Assembly (NCBI RefSeq): GCF_006345805.1
Contig: NW_021836387.1
Span: forward strand, 1 to 24,468
Source: Octopus sinensis
Taxonomy: Eukaryota
DNA length: 24,468 bases
Direction: 5' to 3'
The notes beneath the pieces are model-generated. The model saw nothing but the letters and a program-made list of their open reading frames with translations, made no database searches and was not told the origin of the DNA. Positions 10,769 to 21,099 of the stretch are shown here, in pieces; within the stretch, counting starts at the first letter, position 1, and each line of letters opens with the position of its first letter. A program made the position numbers and the translations under genes.

Positions 10769-10854
<86 letters not shown>

Positions 10855-11149
10855 ATGTCCATATTCATATATATATAGCTGCATATGTACATGCACACAT
10901 ATTGAAATAGTTAGAGTCCCAAAATACGTAGTCGTTCATATAAGTTTAATATAATCGAGTTATATTGGCTAGTGTAGATAACATATCGCTTACATTTATG
11001 ATTCCCAACATGATACATTTATCACACAGACAATGAAGCTATATCACACGTATGAAACTCAAGTATGAAATGCGTGCAAATGACACACAAAGCATTTCCC
11101 ATCTTGAAATAGCAACACATCGGAATGTATACGTAATTTATAATATAAA

Positions 11150-11441
11150 AGCAGTATCGCTCGGCGTTGCTCGCGTTTGTTTCGACCCTTTAGAATTGGA
11201 ATTTTTGAAAAGAAAAAAATGCTGCATTATGTAACTTGTTATTCTCTTTAAGTGAACATTTTTCTGGTTGAAATACACCGAAAAATAGCGACACAGCAGT
11301 CAAAAAATCGTAAAAAATAGGAATTTTCATAGAAAAAAAGCCCCTTTTTGATGTAAATAATTTTTGATCCTAACATGGTCCGATTTAAATTTTATCGTCT
11401 ACGGAATGAAGAGCAACCTTCTTCTATCATACTCTCAATTT
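11150..11441 (+). mobile_element. Possible Helentron-associated (HINE/DINE-1-like) non-autonomous element, truncated
   Basis: It opens with CAGTATCGCTCGGCGTTGCTCGCG, resembling the subterminal CCCGGCGTTGCCCGGG hairpin of such elements. The family call rests on recall only. Confidence 0.4.
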
Positions 11442-12184
11442 TTTTCTTTCTCTCTCTCTCCTTCTGTTTCCCACTCTCTCTCCCCTTCTCTTTCCCTGTC
11501 TCTCTCTTTCCTTCACAGCTTCACACACTTCTCGCAACGGTCCATCAGTTTTCCTAAGAAGTCCGACGGCTACGCCTCCAACCAGGCCCTTTCCGACACC
11601 CTTAAAACCAGTGATTAAATGATCGAAACATGCAGTAAGAAAATGTTTTTAATATTTCCGATTTTACAAACGTTACGATTCGAGTGAAGTTAAAAGAAGA
11701 GTAAGAGATGTGAATTTCATTGAGAAACTTAAACCACTTTTGAATGGACAATAATCTGAAAAATAAGAATACAATATTGATTTAAATTTAATCTTACTCA
11801 AAAACTAGAAATATTGATAGTACTGTTAACCTGAATTTGCACTTGGTTTTATTTAGAAATATTTTCGGGCAAGACTACGGTTTGTAACATTTGATGTTTC
11901 TCAACATCTGCTTGCAGATGAGTCAGCTAGCAGTGTTTCTCTTTGATTAAAATGTTTCGACGAATAAGCGCGGTCGATATCAACTATGTTACTGCATTCA
12001 TCAAACCATTACAAGCTGAAAGAAAACTTCAGTCAATTCACTGCATCTGGTAGATGTGAAGCACGGCAGTTGTTTGTCAATGTTGCCTTGCCAAGCACTT
12101 CCCTGAAGATTGCGATATCTCAAATTGTTATAAAACATGAAACTATTTATAATATGTAATATTGTAAAAGTATTACAAAATTAG

Positions 12185-12440
12185 TGTGGAGGCGCGTGGC
12201 TTAGTGGTTAGGGTGTCAGCATCATGATCGTAAGATTGTGGTTTCGATTCCTGGACCGGGCGACGCGCTGTGTTCTTGAGCAAAAGACTTCATTTCACGT
12301 TGCTCCAGTCCATTCAGCTGGCAAATATGTGTAACGCTGCGATGGACTGGCGTCCCGTCCAGCTGGGAAAAGATACGCCATAGAAATCGGGAAACCGGGC
12401 CCATTAGCCTGGCTAGGCTTTCAAAAGGGCGCATTTATTT
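12185..12440 (+). mobile_element. tRNA-derived SINE family B, full length, second tail type
   Basis: A box TGGCTTAGTGG (12197-12207), B box GTTTCGATTCC (12241-12251), core shared with 2069-2379, then CTGCGATGGACTGGCGTCCCGTCCAG. Confidence 0.9.
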
Positions 12441-12506
12441 TGTGGAGGCGCGTAGCTTAGTGGTCAGGGTGTCAGCACTATGATCGTAAGAGTGTGGTTT
12501 CGATTT
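12441..12506 (+). mobile_element. Second SINE family B head, directly in tandem, truncated in the B box
   Basis: Near copy of 12185-12249. Confidence 0.9.
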
Positions 12507-12522
12507 ATCTTATTGTAAAATT

Positions 12523-12739
12523 AAGGCGGCGAGTTGACAGAAGCATTAGCACTCTGTGCTAGCGGTATTTCGTCTGAGTTCAAATTCCGCCGAGGTCGAC
12601 TTTGCCTTTCACCCTTTCGGGGTCGATTAAATAAGTAGCAGCTACGCACTGGGGTCGATGTAATCGACGACTTAATCCCTTTGTCTGAACTTGTTTGTCC
12701 CCTTTATGTTTAGCCCCCTGTGGGCAATAAAGAAATAAA
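12523..12739 (+). mobile_element. SINE family C with a 12-bp TSD
   Basis: AAGGCGGCGAG...GAGTTCAAATTCC...CCTTTCGGGGTCGATTAAATAAGTA; TATTGTAAAATT occurs at both 12511-12522 and 12740-12751. Confidence 0.9.
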
Positions 12740-13372
12740 TATTGTAAAATTTTATACAAAAATAAAATGTAAAACTAGACTGGAATTTGATTGCGTAACA
12801 TATAAATTTCTCTGTGTGTGTGTATGTATGTCTCTATGTGTGTAAAACTATATATACATGTGTTTGTGTGTTTATATATGTATGTTCTTGTCTTTCTATT
12901 TTTCATGTAGATTAAATTTTGACCGGCCACCTACTTGGTAGCAAGATGATGGAAAGCAACTTGTATGAACCACCATCCTTTACGTCTTAAGATTTTATAG
13001 TCCTTGATATCGTGATTATTTGTAGCGTATGTATGCATATATGTGTTTATGTATGTATGTATATATGTATTTATGTGTTTATATATGTATGTATATATGT
13101 ATGCATGCTTGCATTCAAGAATACATGTATACACTATGTATGTATTTATGTATGTATGTATGTATGTATGTATGTATGAATGTGAGAAATGGACCACAAG
13201 CAAGTATTAACACTCACAGGCAATGAAAAAACAAACATGGATACCAATATTCCCTCATCAGCTGAAGATCAAGGCATTTTCGGCTAATTAACAACATTTC
13301 TGTACGTATGTATTAGTATAAACACACACAGAAACACGCACATGCACACACACACACACAAATACACATGCA

Positions 13373-13760
13373 CCAACCAGACACCTACCATATTCTAAGC
13401 GCCTTGTTTTCCTGGGCATGGATTCACTGAAGCTCCGGCGTCTGGCGACGGACTTGGTAAACACCCACAAGGTTATCAACCACCTCACCAAGAACAACAC
13501 TGAACACCTTTTTGATCTCCATGTGTCTAACACACGTGGACATGCCTACAAAGTCAGAAAACAGCACAGCTCCCATGACTTTCGGAAACATTTTTTCACG
13601 CTCAGGGTTGCTGAAGCGTGGAATAAACTGCCTGCATCAGTTGTTGACTGCCATGACACTGCATCCTTTAAGGCCCTCATGCTTCCCGAAATCCGTCGAA
13701 ACTACACCTGATTATATATACACTTTAGATGAGTTGTAGTGCACCTGAGCACTGTACACA

Positions 13761-13785
<25 letters not shown>
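13373..13785 (+). mobile_element. 5'-truncated CR1-clade LINE 3' end with an uninterrupted ORF2 C-terminus and an (ATT)n tail
   Basis: In frame with ORF 13418..13711: LPYSKRLVFLGMDSLKLRRL...TRGHAYKVRK...RKHFFTLRVAEAWNKLPASVV....SFK, the classic CR1 C-terminus; (ATT)n at 13761-13785. Confidence 0.92.
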
Positions 13786-13791
<6 letters not shown>

Positions 13792-13847
13792 AATATGTTT
13801 TTATATTTGGATTGATACACAAATTCGTAAATAGATAAACAGTTATA

Positions 13848-13848
13848 C

Positions 13849-13913
<65 letters not shown>

Positions 13914-13960
13914 CATACATACATACATACATACATACATACATACATACATACATGCAT
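13848..13960. repeat. (GATA)n-(TACA)n compound microsatellite
   Basis: Direct reading. Confidence 0.96.
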
Positions 13961-14799
13961 ACATAACACACATATTGAGAGGTAAGTATGAATCTATGTA
14001 GGTAGATAGGTGTACTTATTCATATACTTTCATTGACTATCAAACACAAATAAATAGAAACCGCTTTACATTCCGACCTAACACATCTTCGAAGAAAGAC
14101 AACATTAGACTCGTGATGAACGTACACACGAGCTCTCAGCAAAAACTATAATATTCTATTACATTACAAACGCCACTAGCTCTGATTACACAAAAGCAAC
14201 GCGTGAAATATGCATTAAAACTACACTTTATCGCCGCCATATCCCTCCACACCAAACTGACACGACAGAAAACTAGTTCGTTCCATTTACTAAAACCATA
14301 GTCTTCCGCACTGACTAAACTTGAGCAAACTAATTAGAATAGAACATAACACCTATAGTGAGAACTACAGAATATACTGTTCAACGGTTGGACATCCTGA
14401 AGATAAGGTTGCACGACTCGGAAGAATTGATAATGAAAGCTAGAGAAAAAGTGTTAGGTAATAATAGCTTAAAATACTCTTAACGTAAGGAACGTATTTT
14501 GTTTTTCTTTAATGCATTATCGAAGTTTCAATATTTTCTTTTTCCACGTTGCTATTACTTAGTTCTTTACGATACTTTATCTTTCTTTCAATCATGATAT
14601 CTCCTGCGGCTGAATATCATAATATTAAAAGTACATAAATAATAATTAATGATTTATATGAATATCGTCAAATGACAAAAGATAGAAAACATTAGTAAAC
14701 AATCCTGGCTGTCGATGCTGAGAATGTAGACATATACTGGTGGCCTCCCGCATTTGCGTAGCTCTTCACATCATATACACACGCAGAGAGTGCGTGTAT

Positions 14800-14870
<71 letters not shown>

Positions 14871-14871
<1 letters not shown>

Positions 14872-15322
14872 TGTTTCTTTATTAGCCACACAGGGCTGCA
14901 CACAGATAGAACAAATTACAAGGTAGAGCTTTTCTTTTGGGGGTAAAAAAAAATTTTTTTAAAGGGGCGGTTCGATCAAAAGGGATCGTAAAAGGAAAGA
15001 AAGAGGACAAAAAGGGGGGGTTAAAAAAAAGGGGGAGAGGAAAAAAAATTGATCAATAGGGATCGTTATCACAGAAATGTCAATATGAAGTGTAAAGGGG
15101 AGGACAGGTGAGGTTTACCCGTGGAAAGAAAAGCCTACGGAAAAGACCACGGTAACCTCGGTCAATGAAGTCACATGTTATATTTCTTTCTTTTTTTTTG
15201 CAAACAAGCAACTCTCTATATTAATTTTTACGGTTCATAGAATCATAGTCAAGGTGGCTTCGTCATTCATACGTGCCATCCTTGCTACATTCACCCATCT
15301 TTTTTTAAAACATTCACTAGAC

Positions 15323-15324
<2 letters not shown>
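14871..15324 (-). mobile_element. Probable Tx1/L1-like LINE 3' end (last 29 codons plus 3' UTR) inside (GATA)n
   Basis: The minus strand 15324-15235 reads [29 protein letters not shown] (F..RW terminal motif), then a pyrimidine-rich UTR ending AGCCCTGTGTGGCTAATAAAGAAAC. (GATA)n lies at 14800-14870 and 15325-15486. Confidence 0.6.
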
Positions 15325-15362
<38 letters not shown>

Positions 15363-15365
15363 CGG

Positions 15366-15444
<79 letters not shown>

Positions 15445-15485
15445 GTAGAGAGATAGACAGACAGATAGATAGATAAATAGATAGA

Positions 15486-15710
15486 TATTCTTTTACTTGT
15501 TACAGTCATTTGACTGCGGTCATGCTGGAGCTCTGCCTTCAGTAGTCGAACAAATCGACCCCAGGAATTATTCTTTGTAAGCCTAGTGCTTATTCTTTTG
15601 GTTTCTTTTGCCGAACCGCTAGGTTACAAGGACGTAAATACACCAGTGTCAGTTGTCAAGCGCTGGAAGGAGGACAAACACAGACACACACACACACGCG
15701 CAAATATATA
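15486..15710 (-). mobile_element. SINE family A 3' half
   Basis: Reverse complement of the 18780-19000 body (CAGTCATTTGACTGCGGTCATGCTGGAG...). Confidence 0.9.
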
Positions 15711-15727
15711 CATATTCGCCATGATAC

Positions 15728-15884
15728 ATCGCTAGCCACTAAACCTTTATTCTATTTTCTCTCCCTGTTTATTTCTGTGTACCTTTCTGTTGAAGAGCGA
15801 AGGCTCGAAACGTAAAAGTCTTTCTCACATACCGAGCGTTAAACGTTAAACTAATACATCTGTTTGTTGTTTACACACCCGTCT

Positions 15885-15885
<1 letters not shown>
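15728..15885 (+). mobile_element. Short hammerhead-bearing element inserted in the internal microsatellite of a SINE A
   Basis: Homologous to 18052-18197; contains CTTT-CTGTTGA-A-GAGC-GAAG-GCTC-GAAAC-GTA-AAAG (15783-15818); followed by (TA)n. Confidence 0.65.
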
Positions 15886-15949
<64 letters not shown>

Positions 15950-15989
15950 TCAGAGAGAGAGAGAGGGAGGGAGAGAGAGAGATGGATAG

Positions 15990-16156
15990 ATACGACGGGC
16001 TTCTTTCAGTTTCCGTTCACCAAATCCACTCACAAGACTTTGGTCGGCCCGAGTTTATAGTAGAAGACACTTGCCCAACGTCCCTCGCAGTGGGATTGAA
16101 CCCGGAATCATATGGTTGTGAAGAAAGCTGGTTATCACATAGCCATATCTGCACCT
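15990..16156 (-). mobile_element. SINE family A 5' half
   Basis: The minus strand begins AGGTGCAGATATGGCTATGTGATAA and has the B-box-like GGGTTCAATCCC. Confidence 0.9.
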
Positions 16157-17039
16157 ATATATATATACGTATATATATATGTATGTTTGTATCTATATAT
16201 GTATATGTATGTATATATGAGTATAATTATGTATATATATATATATATATATATATAGATAGAGATATAGATCGATAGATACATACATATACATAATTAT
16301 ATGCATATATATATGCATGTATATACGTACATATACACACACACACACCCATATATATACATATATATATGTATGTATGTATGTAAGTATGTATGTATGT
16401 ATGTATGCATGCATGCATGTATGTATACATGTATGTATACATGCATGTATACATACATGTATATATACATGTCAACAAAGGAGATCCACGATGCTAAATG
16501 TAGAAGACAATTAATAGCGCTCAAGTGATTTGAACTCACATTCCGAAATACTTACCGAATGCCAGATAACAAGAAAAGCCAGTCTGAACTACGATGCAAA
16601 ACTTCCTTTAAACGAATAGTATTTACTAATTACGGACTTTGATCGCAAGGCCAGAACAAATACCTAGGTACATGTGAGGTGTTGTGAAAGAAAATCTACA
16701 AGCGGAAGCCAAGATCAAATGCGCGCCGCTCCTGTGTGTGTACGATCATGAAAGTCCAAATTGCAAGTCAAAAGAGGATGATCAGTCTAAAACCAAAATG
16801 AAGTATTAAATTTTATTGGAAAATATATTCCTCAAAATCTTTTGAAGGAGGTTCCTGGTTCCGATATTCGTACGAGAAATGAAGTAATCAAATATATTTG
16901 GAAAATATTTGAAGTGAACCATATAGAAAAATTAAGCTAATATCGATCACTGATTGATTGTATCTTCGCCACGTAGCTTAGAGGTGTAGCCAGAGGGTGT
17001 AGTCGAATAAATTTGTAACATCGTTCGAGTAAATAGGGA

Positions 17040-17430
17040 TAAACAAATATATAATAAATAAATTAGATCAATGATGCAGAGAGGAGAGAGAGAGAGAGAG
17101 AGAGAAGAAGGAAGACGGAGAGGAGGAAGCTAAAAAAGTTGGAGAAAGAAAGGAGGAAAGAAAATCAGGAAGAAGGATATCAAGGTAAGTAGAGGGAGAG
17201 AAGAAAGACAAAAGAACGAAAGAAGAAAGACAAACGAAGAGCATAAGAAATAGTAGTAAGATGTAGTATTAGTAGTATTAGTACTACTAGTAGTAGTAGT
17301 AGATGGCGACAACTATGCTGATGATGATGATGATGATGACGACGACGACGACTATGATGATTATGACGATGATGATGATGATTATGATTATGATGATGAT
17401 GATGATGACGACGACGACAACGATTAGAAA
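17040..17430. repeat. Purine-rich low-complexity tract plus (TAG)n/(GAT)n/(GAC)n trinucleotide repeats
   Basis: Direct reading; it explains the poly-M/T and poly-I/V ORFs. Confidence 0.93.
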
Positions 17431-17729
17431 GAAACTAAAAGAGACAAAAGAAATCGGTGAGAGAGAAAGAGAAGAAAAGATGACAAAAAATGTAATAAAA
17501 CGTCGCCGATTCAGGAGAAAAATATTAGGGGAAAACAAAAGCAAAAAAAAAATACGCGAGAAAAGAACAAAAATTTAAACATGTCCGCCATTAAGAATAT
17601 CAACGCGCAGAGATAATAGGGAAAAAAGCATAAACGAAATATTCGAAGTAAAAATATTTGACGAAAAAAGCATTAAAAGCGACATTAAAAATACGTGAAA
17701 ATATAATGAAATCTTTACTATGCACACAC

Positions 17730-17900
17730 GCACTTAAGCACTTTAAAAGGAATCTGGAAAAAATTCTTCAAGGGATACCGGATAAGCCATCTATCTATAC
17801 CTTGATACATCTCACTCAACAAGAAATCTCTACTCGAATGGGCCGATTAATTTAGACATGGTCTGGACCAATCTTTGGTCGAAGCATATCTAAGCTAAGT
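17730..17900 (+). mobile_element. Possible degenerate CR1-group (L2/Crack-like) LINE 3' end
   Basis: LKHFKRNLEKILQGIPDKP resembles the FK..LD.FL..IPD.P terminal motif. It is followed by a GACCAA-TCT-TTGGTC hairpin and CTAAG repeats. Confidence 0.5.
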
Positions 17901-18051
17901 TTTATGTATGTATGTATGTATGTATGTATGTATGTAGTATGTATGTATGTATGTATGTATGCATATATGTATGCATGCATGTTTGTATGTATGTACGTAT
18001 GTATGTATGTATGTATCTAACTATCTATCTATCTATCTATATCTATGATAG

Positions 18052-18232
18052 ATCGTTAGCCACTACACACATTTTTTTCTCTCCTTGTTTTCTGTGTCCC
18101 TTTCTCTAGAAGAACGTAGGCTCGAAACGTAAAAGACTTTTTTCTATTCCTGAGCGTTATACTAATACATCTATTTGTTTTGTACACCACCTGTCTTCGA
18201 CTTTTGTTGTTTTTTTTTTCGTAAACTCTCCC
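18052..18232 (+). mobile_element. Second copy of the 15.7-kb hammerhead-bearing short element, more decayed
   Basis: ATCG(C/T)TAGCCACTA start; CTTT-CTCTAGA-A-GAAC-GTAG-GCTC-GAAAC-GTA-AAAG at 18100-18135; shared GAGCGTTA..CTAATACATCT.TTTGTT block. Confidence 0.65.
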
Positions 18233-18609
18233 TATAGATATAGATATAAATATATATATTTCGTTTTGGGATTTGGTTTGCAAAATTCTTTATATGAGTT
18301 CGTGTGTTGAAGCATATTCTGTTGTGTCTAGGGTGAGTAATTTTTTTGTGCCTTATAATTTAACACACTCACCGGTAAGATTTCCACTTATTTCTTATCA
18401 ATAAATGACTCTTCTCAGACACAACAGAGTGTATATATATATATAAGCACACTATACGTATCAATGAAAATAATACATATTACACGAAAAATACAAATAA
18501 GTCAAATTCCGAGTTTACCACAGGAAACGTATTCAATCAAAGCTTGAGGTGGGAGACATGCACAAATAACGGGGAAGAAATCAACTAAAATATACATATT
18601 TAATAGAAC

Positions 18610-19000
18610 GTGGTAGCTTGCTAACCAACCAAATGGTTCCGGGGTCAGTCCCACTGCGTGGAATCTTGGGCAGGTGTCTTCTGCTATAGCCCCGGGCCGA
18701 CCAATGCCTTGTGAGTGGATTTGGTAGGCGGAAACTGAAAGAAGCCCGTCGTATATATGTATATATATATGTGTGTGTGTGTTTGCGTGTCTGTGTTTTT
18801 CCCCTAGCATTGCTTGACAACCGATGCTGGTGTGTTTACGTCCCCGTCACTTAGCGGTTCTGCAAAAGAGACCGATAGAATAAGTACTGGGCTTACAAAG
18901 AATAAGTCCCGGGGTCGATTTGCTCGACTAAAGGCGGTGCTCCAGCATGGCCGCAGTCAAATGACTGAAACAAGTAAAAGAGTAAAAGAGTAAAAGAGTA
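18610..19000 (+). mobile_element. SINE family A, nearly complete, lacking the first ~25 nt
   Basis: B-box-like GGGGTCAGTCCC, internal TA/TG tract, tail (GTAAAAGA)3; used as the internal reference for family A. Confidence 0.93.
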
Positions 19001-19702
19001 ATATTATTAGAGGAAAATAAAAAGACCATTGAACTTTTTTGTTCAATGGCAAGAACTGTAAAAGGGGAGTAACTGACGGTAAACGTGAAGTAATATTTAG
19101 GAAGTGCGCACTTTTTAACAAAAGGGGGAGAGAAAAACAAGTCAGAACCGGAAATTATGTCGTTAAAATATGCTGCATTAGAATTCCGATACGAACAAAA
19201 TAAGAAAGTATAAGATACAGTGTATTTAACATATGTCTCTTCGCAACCACATGGGTTTGGATTGCATTTTGTGCATGTGAAATACATACATTTGAAAATG
19301 ACCACATAAAAATTCTTAATTTAAATATCATATTCGCAAAAGTTTGTATGCAAAGACAAATACCATGTTTCAGAATAAAATTTATGTGTGTGTCTAAAAT
19401 ATTCAGGTTTTATACTCTCAGAATTGGACAGTTAAATGTCATAAAGCTTTATATACTTTTTATATAATTTTCATATATTTCGAAGTTTGTAAAAGTTAAC
19501 AGTCCGATGTCTGGAACACATAACTCGAATGTTTTGAGATATAATTAAATTTGAATAAGAAGCTATGCAATTATAAAATATTTCCTTCTGCACATGACAC
19601 TTGAAACTGTACTGTGCACGAATTCTTCGTTGATATTTCAAAATGGAGTTTTATAACGATTTCAGATTTTGCTAGAAGTCTAGCAAGAGAAGTGGATAAA
19701 TC

Positions 19703-20436
19703 AAGTGCATCGATCCCAAAGCTTAACTGGTATTTATTTTATCGACTCTGAAAGAATGAAAGGGATATTTGTCCTGGGCGAAAGTTTGAACTCAGAGCGT
19801 AAAGAGTAGGAAGAAATAGCGCAAAATATTGGGTTGTCAGGAAAGTTTGTGCCGATTTTTAAAGGAAAGAAAGAAGTCAATAAATACTTGCCATTACATT
19901 TTTAATCAACCATATATGAACCATTTTGTTGCACTGTGCGTCTCCATCTTTCCTTTAACTTGAAAATACCCTCTTCCCAGAATTGAGGTGGTTTCATGAC
20001 AAAGAATTCATCAAGGTATCTTTTTATGTCATCCAAGGAATTGAAATTTTTACCATTAAGACTATTCTGCAGAGACCTGAATAAGTGGAATCCGAAGGAG
20101 CAATATCTGATGAATATAGATTCTGGTGTATCTCATCCCAGCCGAGCTGCAGCAATTTTTGTCTGGTTCCCAAATCATCAAGTGCCGAAAATGAACTTTC
20201 TTATCTTCCATTTTAAAGGGTTACAGAATTAACACAGGTTATAGGAACATAAACCTTCTTCCACGAAATGATAGCTTAAACTGTGCTCTAAATGGAGGTG
20301 TAGTGAAATCCTATTTTATGGATTCAACCATGTTCTAAAATAAGTCGAAATATAAGCTACTATAAATCGGCACGAACTTTCCGGACAACCCAATATTTTC
20401 TCGGTCACTTAAAGATTCTGCCAGGTCGTTGCCGTT
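19703..20436 (-). mobile_element. Old SINE family C copy interrupted by a mariner
   Basis: Removing 19829-20395 restores ...GAAATAGCGCAAAATATTTTCTCGGTCACTTAAAGATTCTGCCAGG..., collinear with the other family C copies. Confidence 0.75.
19829..20393 (-). mobile_element. 565-bp non-autonomous mariner (internal deletion derivative) with 30-bp TIRs and a TA TSD
   Basis: TIRs at 19829-19858 and 20364-20393 (2 mismatches); TA at 19827-19828 and 20394-20395. The minus strand has ATG 20211 MEDKKVHFRHLMIW, then out of frame LGTRQKLLQLGWD...YSSDIAPSD/HLFRSLQNSL...QNGSYMVD* (stop 19902-19904). Confidence 0.95.
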
Positions 20437-20444
20437 CTGAATTG

Positions 20445-20645
20445 TAATAATCCTTCCTAACATAGGTACAAGGTACAAGTGGATTACATAGGCCACATTG
20501 CCAAATTGGTATTTTTTTTATCGACTCCCAAACTACGAAAAGCAAATTTGGCCTCAGCGTAACTTCCATTCATAACGCACTGACGGACGGAGTCTCGCCG
20601 AACATTTTGCCCGCTGTACTAACGATTTTGCCTGCTCACTGTCAT
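20445..20645 (-). mobile_element. Degenerate SINE family C copy
   Basis: GATTACAT...TTGGTATTTTTTTTATCGACTCC...TACTAACGATTTTGCC, collinear with the reverse complement of 12523-12670. Confidence 0.7.
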
Positions 20646-20654
20646 ACGAAATTT

Positions 20655-20873
20655 TAATAACGGTTTCAAATTTTGGCACAAGACCCCCAATTTTGATGAG
20701 AGCGTAAGTCGATTACATCGACACCAGTACTCAACTGGTTCTTTGTTTCTTCTACCCCCAAAACACGACCGAGAAAGTCAGTCTCGGAAGGATTTGAATT
20801 CACATCATAAAGACGAACGAAACGCCGCTAAACATTTGTCCCGCGCGCTGATGTTTCTGCTAGATAACCGCTT
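20655..20873 (-). mobile_element. Degenerate SINE family C copy
   Basis: TAAGTCGATTACATCGACACCAGTACTCAACTGG...GATTTGAATTC...CCGCTAAACATTT. Confidence 0.75.
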
Positions 20874-20999
20874 TTACGAAAATTCAATAACGACATAATT
20901 CCAGTATATCTCTACCTACACACGCACACGTACACACAGATACACGCCACACCCATATATACATATATATCTATATAATATATATATAATTATATATAT

Positions 21000-21078
<79 letters not shown>

Positions 21079-21099
21079 ATATATTAATATATGTAATAT

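Noticed and set aside
12197-12260. tRNA genes at the A/B-box motifs (also 3560-3618 and 21100-21160)
   Set aside because: There is no closing acceptor stem, and the sequence continues into multicopy SINE bodies.
16500-17030. Possible host exon in unique-looking sequence (also 13990-14700 and 1330-1830)
   Set aside because: No sustained ORF with a recognisable motif or convincing splice-site pair was found; RNA-seq is needed.
19996-20232. 78-aa plus-strand ORF
   Set aside because: It is antisense to the mariner transposase remnant.
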